64,000 nucleotides of DNA. It comes from Escherichia phage TrudiRoth. The position numbers and the translations under genes are program-made. Below, piece by piece: positions 29,305 to 37,802 of the stretch (positions within the stretch are counted from its first letter, which is position 1; each line of letters starts with the position of its first letter). The notes beneath the pieces are model-generated. The model was given only the letters and a program-made list of their open reading frames with translations, made no database searches and was not told the DNA's origin. The stretch lies in the sequence record MZ501109. One strand, written 5' to 3'.

Positions 29305-29780
29305 TGTCGGTTTTCCACATATATACAGATGGTGCATGTAAAGGCAATCCTGGTTTAGGTGCGTGGGGATTCGTTGTCTATAATGATAATGATGATCGTA
29401 TTGGCTCTAAATCTGGCTTCAGCCCTAAAACTACTAATAACGAAATGGAACTTACTGCAATTGTAGAAGTTCTTCGTTGGTCTACTAAGAAAGATAATCG
29501 TCCAGTAATTATCTACACTGATTCTGCTTACTGCAAAAATGGTATGGAAAGCTGGATGTGGTCTTGGCAGAAGAAAGGCTGGAAGAAGGGAGATGGTGAA
29601 ACCCCTCTTAATCTAGAACTCTGGCAAGAAGCATTTAAACTAACCCAACAGTACATTAACTTCCATGATACCAATCCAACCTTTGTTAAGGTTAAAGGTC
29701 ACTCAGGTATTCGTGGTAATGAAGAAGTTGATGCTCTATGCAATACTGTAATTACTGAGCAAGAACTTGCTGAGATGTAA
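29304..29780 (+). CDS. rnhA: ribonuclease H
   Basis: MSVFHIYTDGACKGNPGLGAWG and TDSAY, VKGHSG...NEEVD; start may instead be 29292. Confidence 0.85.
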   Translation: MSVFHIYTDGACKGNPGLGAWGFVVYNDNDDRIGSKSGFSPKTTNNEMELTAIVEVLRWSTKKDNRPVIIYTDSAYCKNGMESWMWSWQKKGWKKGDGETPLNLELWQEAFKLTQQYINFHDTNPTFVKVKGHSGIRGNEEVDALCNTVITEQELAEM

Positions 29781-29800
29781 TAAATAAATTAAAAATTCAC

Positions 29801-29829
29801 TTGCTTAAAGCCCTCGAATTTAGTATAAT
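29801..29829 (+). promoter_or_regulatory. early-type sigma70 promoter (TTGCTT-17-TATAAT)
   Basis: attcacTTGCTTaaagccctcgaatttagTATAATattcg. Confidence 0.6.
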
Positions 29830-29856
29830 ATTCGTATTGAAAGTGAGGAGGGCTTT

Positions 29857-30135
29857 ATGCGAATTTACAACTCAAATTCATTAGGATTTAAACCTTTGAG
29901 AAAACGCGCACAATCTCCGCGTCAGATCAGAAAGGCAAATATTGGTGAGCCAGAAACTAGGCTTCCACCACCTCCGGAGCAACGTCTAGTTTACCTAGAT
30001 GAAGAGTTAGCCGAAAGGGAACGCAAAGCTCAAGAAGAAATTGAGCGTAAGAAACTGTGTACTGCTCCTGCGTATAACAAGGGTGGTTATCAATACGTTT
30101 CCAGTGAGGAACAAGCTAAGATGATCGGCAGATAA
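29857..30135 (+). CDS. hypothetical protein (92 aa)
   Basis: ORF track, promoter and RBS gaggaggg. Confidence 0.55.
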   Translation: MRIYNSNSLGFKPLRKRAQSPRQIRKANIGEPETRLPPPPEQRLVYLDEELAERERKAQEEIERKKLCTAPAYNKGGYQYVSSEEQAKMIGR

Positions 30136-30151
30136 TTTTTAAAAAATTCAT

Positions 30152-30180
30152 TTGCTAAACGCTTCAAAATTTAGTATAAT
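30152..30180 (+). promoter_or_regulatory. early-type sigma70 promoter (TTGCTA-17-TATAAT)
   Basis: attcatTTGCTAaacgcttcaaaatttagTATAAT. Confidence 0.6.
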
Positions 30181-30218
30181 ATATCTCATAAATTGATCAA
30201 CAAAAAGGAAAACAAATA

Positions 30219-30734
30219 ATGGCTAAGCAGAAAAACGCAAAAACTCAGGCAGCTCCGGCAGTTAAAACTTTCGCTCAGACCGAAGCCAATCGTAAGGCTC
30301 GTCTGGAACGTCATCTGCGTAAGCATCCTAGCGATGCTCAGGCTCAGACTGCTCTGAAGTCTCCGGTTCCGATTCGTCAGAAGCCGAAGGCTAAGAACTC
30401 CACTCGCGCAACTGCTAAGCAGGTTGTGTTCATCAAGGGTGAAGGTCATAAGTCTGTACCGGTAACTCTGAGCTTTAACGGAGGTGCTGAGATGTTCGCC
30501 CGCAACGGTATGGCTCTGAAAGATTACGAAAAAGCAGTCAATCAGAAGCGTAAGCCAATGGCTGACGTAATGCGTGAATCCCGTGGACAGTTTGGCTCCG
30601 TTAAACCGAATATCTTCGGGGTAGAGTATAGCCGTGACAACGTTCGCGCTCTGTGCTATGGTATCGGTATTAAGTTTACTGGTGCTTCTGATCGTAAATC
30701 CACTAAACCTGCTCGTAAGCGTAAAGCGAAGTAA
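30219..30734 (+). CDS. basic, apparently highly expressed protein (171 aa)
   Basis: Host-like high-expression codon bias, promoter, RBS; preferred over the overlapping minus-strand ORF. Confidence 0.6.
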   Translation: MAKQKNAKTQAAPAVKTFAQTEANRKARLERHLRKHPSDAQAQTALKSPVPIRQKPKAKNSTRATAKQVVFIKGEGHKSVPVTLSFNGGAEMFARNGMALKDYEKAVNQKRKPMADVMRESRGQFGSVKPNIFGVEYSRDNVRALCYGIGIKFTGASDRKSTKPARKRKAK

Positions 30735-30795
30735 TGATTGATGGGGCGAAAGCCCCATATACTAACTCTTTCTCTGACTAATTAAGGATATTTTT

Positions 30796-31011
30796 ATGTT
30801 CTCTAAGAAACCACGTTCCGTTACTGAAATCGTTGCTTCCTTTACCACTATTACTGATGAACTTCAAGCTCGTATTGAAGCTGACCAGAAAACTGCTGCT
30901 GATATTCAGAAACAGCAGGAAGAACTCGCTCTGAAACTGGCTGAAACCAATAAGAGTGAAAAATCTGCTCAAACTATTAAGGAAAATATCCTTAAACTGC
31001 TGGGCAAGTAA
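30796..31011 (+). CDS. hypothetical protein (71 aa)
   Basis: ORF track. Confidence 0.5.
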   Translation: MFSKKPRSVTEIVASFTTITDELQARIEADQKTAADIQKQQEELALKLAETNKSEKSAQTIKENILKLLGK

Positions 31012-31020
31012 TTTAAATCA

Positions 31021-31043
31021 GGGGGCGAAAGCCCCTCTTATTT
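31021..31043 (+). terminator. terminator-like GNRA hairpin
   Basis: gggggc-gaaa-gcccct followed by cttattt. Confidence 0.5.
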
Positions 31044-31052
31044 GGAGAAACT

Positions 31053-31265
31053 ATGCGTAACTTCGTTGCAAAGAATGATTTTAACCGTGCTAGCACTCAC
31101 AAGTCTGCTAGAGACTACACTCGTCTTTCTAAACATGAGCTTCTAGAAGAAATCATGGAAGAAAACTGGGATGTTAGTGAAAATGGAACAGACCTGTTTG
31201 AAGAAGGGGAACTTCCTCTGAAAGACCCCAAACAGTGGGAGTCTATTAAAGAGACAGCTCTTTAA
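31053..31265 (+). CDS. hypothetical protein (70 aa)
   Basis: ORF track. Confidence 0.5.
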   Translation: MRNFVAKNDFNRASTHKSARDYTRLSKHELLEEIMEENWDVSENGTDLFEEGELPLKDPKQWESIKETAL

Positions 31266-31295
31266 TAGTTTTCTACAACAATAAAGGACATAATT

Positions 31296-31997
31296 ATGAA
31301 ATTCAAGCCCTTTGGTATGCTGGACATTGAATCTCTAGGTACTCCAGGAAATTGCGGTACTACTCATATTGCAATGCCTTCTTTCGCTTTTGTAGCGATG
31401 CACGGAATTGATAAAGATCCTGATCTGGTATTCGTTACTCTAGACGTTCAAGATCAGCTTAATGCGGGTGCTAAGGTAACTGCCTCTACTATTGCATTCT
31501 GGATGGATCAAGCTAAAAACAGTCCATCTGCGCTCCATATTATGGAGGCTCTAAATGGTCGTAATCCTAAACTGATTGCCTTCCGTGATGGTAAGCATCA
31601 CTGCACTAATGACGTAGGCTCTAATTATGCTGCCTTCTCTATGGCTCAGAACATTATGGAATTGTCTCTAGGAGATAATGCTCTGTATTACGGCAATGGC
31701 CCAGAGTTTGATATGACTATCTACTCTGCAAATACGTTCCATGCCGGAACCCATGAAGAAGTAGTTCCGTGGAAATTCTGGAACTTAGGTAATGTTCGAT
31801 CTTTCCGTAATCAATGGATGCAAGCTGGTTATAGTTATAAAGATCTAGAAGCCGAAGGTGCTAGCTGGGCAAAAGCTAAAATGGAAAAGATGGATACCAT
31901 TCGTTATGGAATCTATCCAGTTAAACATGATCCAGCATTCGATGCTTTAGTTGAAAGTTATTGTGTAGCCATCATGATCGAAAAAATCAAAATTTGA
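31296..31997 (+). CDS. putative DEDDh-type 3'-5' exonuclease-like protein (233 aa)
   Basis: Candidate Exo I MLDIESLG, Exo II-like GNGPEFDM, Exo III-like KHDPAFDAL; inference. Confidence 0.45.
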   Translation: MKFKPFGMLDIESLGTPGNCGTTHIAMPSFAFVAMHGIDKDPDLVFVTLDVQDQLNAGAKVTASTIAFWMDQAKNSPSALHIMEALNGRNPKLIAFRDGKHHCTNDVGSNYAAFSMAQNIMELSLGDNALYYGNGPEFDMTIYSANTFHAGTHEEVVPWKFWNLGNVRSFRNQWMQAGYSYKDLEAEGASWAKAKMEKMDTIRYGIYPVKHDPAFDALVESYCVAIMIEKIKI

Positions 31998-31998
31998 T

Positions 31999-32027
31999 TT
32001 GCTTTCAGCTCCAAAATTCTGTATAAT
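31999..32027 (+). promoter_or_regulatory. early-type sigma70 promoter (TTGCTT-17-TATAAT)
   Basis: gatTTGCTTtcagctccaaaattctgTATAATatattcataaatttgagaga. Confidence 0.6.
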
Positions 32028-32067
32028 ATATTCATAAATTTGAGAGAACAACAAAAGGAAAATAATT

Positions 32068-32250
32068 ATGCCAGTATCTAAAAACGTCCGTAAAAATGGT
32101 AAAGTAGCAAAACGTAACCTGGGTCTGCGTCGTATGGCTGAGCGTCAGTCCGGCATCCAGAAAATCTTTAATGTACTGAATCGCACCAACCCGAATATTG
32201 ATAACAGTTCTGATACTGTTCTGCGCACTCTGCTCGCAATCGGTCTGTAA
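32068..32250 (+). CDS. small basic protein (60 aa)
   Basis: ORF track, promoter. Confidence 0.5.
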   Translation: MPVSKNVRKNGKVAKRNLGLRRMAERQSGIQKIFNVLNRTNPNIDNSSDTVLRTLLAIGL

Positions 32251-32304
32251 TAGACCGTTTTTAAAACAAGTTCAAATCTCAAACTTCATATAAGGAAGCA
32301 AATA

Positions 32305-32943
32305 ATGACTACTCGTATCTCTAAAACTCGTGCTCTGGCAACTATCAAGTCTCTGGAAGCTAAAATCCGTAAAGCTACTGAACAACAGCTTTTGATTGCT
32401 GTTGGTGAAGGTAAAGACAAGAATCAAGTTGTCGTTGGTGCTGCAATCGAAGTAGATGCTCTGTCTACTCGTATTAAAACTGATTTCCAGTCTCTGCTGG
32501 ATATGATGACCCAGCGTGATCATCTGAAAGCAGCGCTGATCAAGAGCAATGCTGAAACTGTTGTAGAGATCGGTTCCCGCTCTATGACTGTTGCGGAAGC
32601 AATCGAAGCTAAGCGTTCTATGGAACTCAAAGCTCAGTTGCTGGCTAACATGCGTAAGCAGTTCCATGCTGCTACTGTTAAGTTTAACACTCAAAAGGCT
32701 CAGTTTGATGCCAAGTATGAGCGTTTGCAGGATACCATGGCTACCCGTGACAAGAAGACTTCCGAGGATGAAGTTAAGATGCAGCTTAACCTGCTGGAAC
32801 TCAAGAACACTCCGTTCCTGATCGATCCGCTGGAGCTGGAAAAGCTGATCAAGCAACACGACGAAGAGTACCAGGACTTTGCAACCAACGTTGACTTTGT
32901 TCTGTCTGAGTCCAACGCCTCTACTTTTATCGAAGTAGAGTAA
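32305..32943 (+). CDS. hypothetical, apparently highly expressed coiled-coil protein (212 aa)
   Basis: Host-like codon bias; overlapping antisense ORFs judged shadows. Confidence 0.6.
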   Translation: MTTRISKTRALATIKSLEAKIRKATEQQLLIAVGEGKDKNQVVVGAAIEVDALSTRIKTDFQSLLDMMTQRDHLKAALIKSNAETVVEIGSRSMTVAEAIEAKRSMELKAQLLANMRKQFHAATVKFNTQKAQFDAKYERLQDTMATRDKKTSEDEVKMQLNLLELKNTPFLIDPLELEKLIKQHDEEYQDFATNVDFVLSESNASTFIEVE

Positions 32944-33327
32944 TAATTTAAAAGACTAGTAAATCGGTAGACGAAAGCCCAAGCATCTTACCTCGCAGCA
33001 GCGGTTGAAATACGAGGTTAAATAAGACCGCTGACCATACTATAAAGTATAATCTATTGGAGATTATGTTTATTACATCAGACATTTAATCTGACACGTA
33101 AAAACAAAAGGTCGTTGGTAGTACCAACACAACTTCAAAGATCAACGCTCAAGTATGAAAGCTGAAAAGTTAAAAGCACTCAAACTTCTAACCTTCTAAA
33201 GCTAAAAGATGCAAAGTATTCGTTGATGATTCAAACCCTAGATCAAAGGTACATGGCTCATAAGATATGGCCTGTGGCGCCTCTAGGCTGTTTATCGGTT
33301 TACTAGTCTCTCAATTTAAAAATGTAT

Positions 33328-33356
33328 TTGCTAATTAGTTTAGTTTTCTATATAAT
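33328..33356 (+). promoter_or_regulatory. early-type sigma70 promoter (TTGCTA-17-TATAAT)
   Basis: gtaTTTGCTAattagtttagttttctaTATAATatatttttaaattgatgagacgagg. Confidence 0.6.
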
Positions 33357-33386
33357 ATATTTTTAAATTGATGAGACGAGGCTATT

Positions 33387-33704
33387 ATGATTTTTCATAT
33401 TCTGATTGATGATGTGCGTAACCTTCATGGAATGGACATTATCATTCGAACCCCCGAAGCCGCTGTTGAGTTTCTGAATAAAACCGATACCACAGGTCAT
33501 TTCGTTTATATGGATAACGATCTGGCTGTAGATGGTATGGAAGGTTATCAAATTCTTCGTTTACTCCTAGAATTTGGTCAGAGACCCAAGAAAGTGGTAC
33601 TAGTAACCTCGAACCCAGTAGCTAAAGAGACCATGCGTAATGATCTCTTAGACGAAGGGTATCAAGAAAGCCCTAATCGTATTGAGTACGATTGGCCGGA
33701 GTAA
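33387..33704 (+). CDS. hypothetical protein (105 aa)
   Basis: ORF track. Confidence 0.5.
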   Translation: MIFHILIDDVRNLHGMDIIIRTPEAAVEFLNKTDTTGHFVYMDNDLAVDGMEGYQILRLLLEFGQRPKKVVLVTSNPVAKETMRNDLLDEGYQESPNRIEYDWPE

Positions 33705-33709
33705 ATAAA

Positions 33710-34159
33710 ATGAAGGCAGCTTTGCTTTTAATAGCTGCCCTAACCTATAGCTTCAATAGTCATGCGACCTACGACTCAAAGCAGATTGATTGCATTGCAA
33801 AAAATATCTACTTCGAAGCACGAGGTGAGGGCACTAAAGGAATGATCGCAGTTGCACAGGTTACTAAAAACCGTGTTAACTCTGGTACTTTTCCTAATTC
33901 TTACTGTAAAGTAGTATATCAGTCTAACCAGTTCTCTTGGGTGGCCAAGAGACCAAAAGTTGATAAAACCGATGAGGCTTGGCAAGTTGCTAAGAATTTA
34001 GCTAGAGTGATATACTACGTTGATTTACCACAAGATCCAACACATGGAGCGTTATACTTCCATAGTGGTAAAGATAAACCGTACTGGACAAAGAAGTTTA
34101 AGAAAACAACGAAGATTCAAGGCCATACGTTCTACAAGCCTGTGGTTAAGAAAACTTAA
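33710..34159 (+). CDS. secreted cell-wall hydrolase, SleB-like
   Basis: Signal peptide MKAALLLIAALTYSFNSHA; motif NIYFEARGEGTKGMIAVAQVTKNRV...FP.SYCKVVYQSNQFSW. Confidence 0.6.
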   Translation: MKAALLLIAALTYSFNSHATYDSKQIDCIAKNIYFEARGEGTKGMIAVAQVTKNRVNSGTFPNSYCKVVYQSNQFSWVAKRPKVDKTDEAWQVAKNLARVIYYVDLPQDPTHGALYFHSGKDKPYWTKKFKKTTKIQGHTFYKPVVKKT

Positions 34160-34167
34160 AAATTCGA

Positions 34168-34196
34168 TTGCTTAAAGCCTTAAATTTCTGTATAAT
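34168..34196 (+). promoter_or_regulatory. early-type sigma70 promoter (TTGCTT-17-TATAAT)
   Basis: ttcgaTTGCTTaaagccttaaatttctgTATAATactttcataaattaatgagagg. Confidence 0.6.
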
Positions 34197-34227
34197 ACTT
34201 TCATAAATTAATGAGAGGAAGCGAAAT

Positions 34228-34398
34228 ATGAAATCAGTTGTAATTATTGGTGTTAATACTCGTGGTATCCGTACTACGAAAACAGTTAAAACTACTAACG
34301 TTGCTGAAATTACTACAAACCCTAAGAAGTTTGATTTCGCTAAAGTCTCGGCAGTTATGACAGAACAATCTTTTAACCAAGCACTGGGAATTAAATAA
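34228..34398 (+). CDS. small ORF (56 aa), below ORF-track threshold
   Basis: Own translation MKSVVIIGVNTRGIRTTKTVK...; preceded by canonical promoter and RBS gagaggaag. Confidence 0.4.
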   Translation: MKSVVIIGVNTRGIRTTKTVKTTNVAEITTNPKKFDFAKVSAVMTEQSFNQALGIK

Positions 34399-34841
34399 TG
34401 GAAGAGAATATTCTAGATGTTTTGCGTAGGGCTTTGCAGGAATCTAAGGTTGATGGTTCTGATAAAGAAGTAGCTAAAAGCTACCAGACCATAATCGGAG
34501 ATCTTCAGCGTGTTGATAAAGACTTCATTACTTCTGAACAGTTTGTATCTTATATAAAAGCTCAACTGAAAAGCATTAATCAGACGAAAGCTAAACTTCA
34601 CGGTCAAGACCTTGATAATTATAGCTTGCAGTCTGCTCAGTATGAGTATATACTGAACAAATGGCTACAACAGTATCTGCCGCCTCAGTTATCTGATTCT
34701 GAGATTCGCAAATACTTTGCAGAATTAGTTAAGTTGAACCCTGGGATTACAAAAGGTATGCTGATGAAAGCGATTAAGGAAGAGTTTCCTGGTCGTTACG
34801 ACGGTGGCATTGCTGCTCAGGTTGCTGGCGAATTTAATTAA
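34398..34841 (+). CDS. hypothetical protein (147 aa)
   Basis: ORF track. Confidence 0.55.
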   Translation: MEENILDVLRRALQESKVDGSDKEVAKSYQTIIGDLQRVDKDFITSEQFVSYIKAQLKSINQTKAKLHGQDLDNYSLQSAQYEYILNKWLQQYLPPQLSDSEIRKYFAELVKLNPGITKGMLMKAIKEEFPGRYDGGIAAQVAGEFN

Positions 34842-34849
34842 AAATTGAT

Positions 34850-34878
34850 TTGCTAAACGCCTCAAAATTCTGTATAAT
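34850..34878 (+). promoter_or_regulatory. early-type sigma70 promoter (TTGCTA-17-TATAAT) firing into an ORF-free region
   Basis: aattgaTTTGCTAaacgcctcaaaattctgTATAATagattcataaattagagaac; no RBS/ATG follows. Confidence 0.6.
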
Positions 34879-34884
34879 AGATTC

Positions 34885-35764
34885 ATAAATTAGAGAACAG
34901 CGAGCCGATTACGCTGAGTGAGTTTAGTGATTCCTACTAGGATAGCTATTCCACTGAATAGAGTCGGTGAGTTTAGAATGATCACCTGTTAGAGTTCCGA
35001 GTCCAGTCCGGTATATCCGGCCAAGTGACTAGAGTAACGAATATAGGTTCGAGACTTCTTGTAAAACTCGGGAGCTGTCCCGAAATCTCGTAAACTCTTC
35101 TCTAGTTTATGTTAGTGGGGTGTCGAACTGACTTATGTGATAACACTGCCGTCCTAGTATAAACGGTAATATCAAACCGTAACTGGTGGAAGATGCAGGT
35201 TCGAATCCTGCGGTCGGAAAGAATCAGATAACTCGGGCTTATACCGGATAAGCATTCGCTGCTGGAGTACATACTATGACGGTTCAGGAGGTACGCCACC
35301 TGATCAGTATTAGGTTAGAATCGAAACAGCTAAACCACGAGGAAACCTGACGGCCTCAACCAAACTCGGAACTCGGGATCACTGCCTAGTGTGTGCCCCG
35401 TTTAACCTGAGACTAGGCATCCAGCTTCGCATCGAAAATCGGAGGTGCGATTCTAACAGACCGCGTGAATATGAGAGTGGGAAACGCTGACATGAGAGAT
35501 GTCACTAATGGTGCCCAATAGTACAGGTAATTCGCGATAATTCCTGTTGAGCGGCAGCAGTAGGCTGGGAGTCATGACCTAAGCCTAACCGAGTTCTTCA
35601 CATACGGAGAACATAACCACAAAGTCACCCTGACTTAAACTGGAAGATATTGTCTGACGGAAGGGCTGCAGAGCTTAATCTGAGGGGGCTGACCCTACCT
35701 ACCATCGGGTATCTTTAAGAGCTTTTTCGAGAGTTCTTAAAAATACCTAACAAAAGGAATCAAT
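34885..35764 (+). ncRNA. candidate large structured non-coding RNA or array of degenerate tRNA-like elements (~0.88 kb)
   Basis: No plus-strand ORF of 60 aa or more; appears GC-richer than flanks by eye; T-arm-like gcaggTTCGAATcctgc near 35194-35210 without pairing acceptor; recurring ACTCGG(G)/CCGAGT words. Confidence 0.4.
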
Positions 35765-36274
35765 ATGAATCTAGGAACAACTTGTATCTTTGATCATCAA
35801 GAAATGTGTTGCCCTCGTATTCTGCATATAGCACATTTCTCTGAACGATTGACACTTGATCAAGCTCGCGAGAAAATGAGTGAGATTACAGGATATAATT
35901 TTCGAGAAGGTGAATACTTTAGCGTAGCTTTGGATTACATCGACAATACTCGTCTTTATCACCTAGTTCAGCTTGGTGAAGAAACTGATGAAGTAAAAAT
36001 GGCGAAAGATACATTACGTCGTTATCGCCCGCAGATTCTAGAGAGTACACTTCGCGGAGAGCCTAGTGATTACTTCTATATGCGCTGTTATGACGCAGAT
36101 GCACAAGAATACATGGCACATCAACGTTTCTACCACGATATTAAAGAGTTCGTTAATATCAAGTATGACAAGCTATTGATTGACTCTAAAGCACAACGTG
36201 CAGCTAAAAATGCTGAGAAATCTGCTAAAGAAGCTGTTGAAAGTCAAACTAAATTGAATAAAGTCATTAAATGA
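35765..36274 (+). CDS. hypothetical protein (169 aa)
   Basis: ORF track; RBS aaaagga. Confidence 0.55.
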   Translation: MNLGTTCIFDHQEMCCPRILHIAHFSERLTLDQAREKMSEITGYNFREGEYFSVALDYIDNTRLYHLVQLGEETDEVKMAKDTLRRYRPQILESTLRGEPSDYFYMRCYDADAQEYMAHQRFYHDIKEFVNIKYDKLLIDSKAQRAAKNAEKSAKEAVESQTKLNKVIK

Positions 36275-36282
36275 TTAACTTT

Positions 36283-36357
36283 CGGGGTGTAGTCTAAGGG
36301 ATAGGCAGGAGTCTTCTAAATTCCTTTATGCAGGTTCGAATCCTGTCACCTCGGCCA
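36283..36357 (+). tRNA. tRNA-Arg (anticodon UCU)
   Basis: Hand-folded cloverleaf: acceptor cggggtg/cacctcg, anticodon loop cuUCUaa, T-arm gcaggTTCGAATcctgt, encoded CCA. Confidence 0.7.
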
Positions 36358-36383
36358 ATTTTATTAACTGCTAGGAAAATAAA

Positions 36384-36584
36384 GTGAAAACACGATATAT
36401 AGTAAAAGTAGTAGGTGAACATTCACAAGTAAATACCACCGATGTTACAGCGCTAGCATTTGAAGTAGTCTCCGGTATAGTCATATTTCATAACGGAGAT
36501 ATCAAAGCTCCTGAATTTGCTGTGGATGCTAGCCTGTTTATTTCTGCAACTAAAGTAACTGTAGTAGCTAACTCTTCTAAATAA
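36384..36584 (+). CDS. hypothetical protein (66 aa, GTG start)
   Basis: ORF track. Confidence 0.4.
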   Translation: MKTRYIVKVVGEHSQVNTTDVTALAFEVVSGIVIFHNGDIKAPEFAVDASLFISATKVTVVANSSK

Positions 36585-36595
36585 TAAGGAAATAT

Positions 36596-37540
36596 ATGTT
36601 TACTAAAAACACTAAAGAACTGACTTCCGATCAAAAAGTAATTCGTACTATTAAACGTTGGGGCGTTGGTGCTGTAGTTGGTCTTGGCGCTCTTATTCTG
36701 GCTCTCAATTCCTATACAGTTGTTCAGGACGGTACGGTTAAAACTCAGACTTTCCTGGGTAAAGTTAGTCCTAATCCTGTATTGCCGGGGTTCCATATTG
36801 TCAACCCATTCGCCTCTTTTGATACTTTTAGTACGAAAGATATTTCTATGAAACTGGATAAACTTCAGGTTCCTAGCCAGGATAAGTTTAAGTCCACTGT
36901 TGACATTACCGTTATGTTGCAGTTTGATGGTGCTAAAGCTCCTATGAACCGTGTTAACGCAGGTACTCAGGATCAAGCTCTGAACAAGTACGTTGAAGAG
37001 AAGATGCTATCTACGATTCGTGAGTTTGGTAAGTCTGTACCAAAAGCACAAGATCTGTTCGACGCTAAGATTCAGGCTCAACTGCAAACTGCTATTCAGC
37101 AAGAAGTAGAAGAGTACGCGCGTCCTTATGGTTACACGGTTAAGCAAGTATTCCTTCAGGATATTACTCTGCCACCTGTAATCATGGAACAGGTACAAAA
37201 CACAAAAGTTCGTGAAGAACAAGTTAACGCCGCTAAAGCTGAATTGGCTCGTGTTGAACAAGAAGCACAGCAGAAAGTTAAGCAAGCTGAAGCTGATCGT
37301 TCTGCTCGTGAAAACATGGCAGTAGCTAACGAACGTGACGCAGATGCTAAACTGTACGCAGCTAAGAAAGAAGCTGAAGCTAACGCCGCGCTGCAACGTA
37401 CCATTACTCCTGAAATGATTCGTTGGAAGCAGCTGGAAGTTGAAATGCTTCGTGCTGAAAAATACCAAGGTGGTGTACCGCAGACTGTTGTTGGTACTGG
37501 CTACGATGGTCAAATGATCATGGATATGCGTAACAAGTAA
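36596..37540 (+). CDS. SPFH/band-7 (prohibitin/HflC-like) membrane protein
   Basis: N-terminal TM helix, SPFH-like core, long C-terminal coiled coil. Confidence 0.65.
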   Translation: MFTKNTKELTSDQKVIRTIKRWGVGAVVGLGALILALNSYTVVQDGTVKTQTFLGKVSPNPVLPGFHIVNPFASFDTFSTKDISMKLDKLQVPSQDKFKSTVDITVMLQFDGAKAPMNRVNAGTQDQALNKYVEEKMLSTIREFGKSVPKAQDLFDAKIQAQLQTAIQQEVEEYARPYGYTVKQVFLQDITLPPVIMEQVQNTKVREEQVNAAKAELARVEQEAQQKVKQAEADRSARENMAVANERDADAKLYAAKKEAEANAALQRTITPEMIRWKQLEVEMLRAEKYQGGVPQTVVGTGYDGQMIMDMRNK

Positions 37541-37563
37541 TAGTTACACGTAATCTTCGAACC

Positions 37564-37596
37564 AAGCCCGCGTTTCCTCTGAGAGCGCGGGCTTTT
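37564..37596 (+). terminator. Rho-independent terminator
   Basis: 8-bp stem agcccgcg/cgcgggct, then tttctg. Confidence 0.6.
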
Positions 37597-37743
37597 CTGT
37601 ATTTAAGGCAAAAGAAAAGCCCATAAGTTATTCAACTAAGGTCTTTAGTATTTAATTCTTTAGAATCATATACTATTATTTCAGCAACAACGTGCTGCCC
37701 TTAAGTGCCCTGCGATTTTCCTCTAAAAAGTTAAAAAATTCGA

Positions 37744-37772
37744 TTGCTTGAATGCTAAATTCTCTGTATAAT
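37744..37772 (+). promoter_or_regulatory. early-type sigma70 promoter (TTGCTT-17-TATAAT)
   Basis: attcgaTTGCTTgaatgctaaattctctgTATAATatatttataaatttgagagagg. Confidence 0.6.
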
Positions 37773-37802
37773 ATATTTATAAATTTGAGAGAGGAATCAA
37801 AT

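Noticed and set aside
30186-30758. 190-aa minus-strand ORF
   Set aside because: Fully overlaps the plus-strand 171-aa gene, which has a promoter, RBS and strong codon bias; the minus ORF has none and reads as an antisense shadow.
35102-35299. 65-aa minus-strand ORF within the ORF-free RNA region
   Set aside because: Isolated, no RBS, antisense to a promoter-driven transcript.
36488-37513. Two minus-strand ORFs (162 and 168 aa) opposite the SPFH gene
   Set aside because: Antisense to a motif-supported, promoter-driven gene; low-complexity translations.
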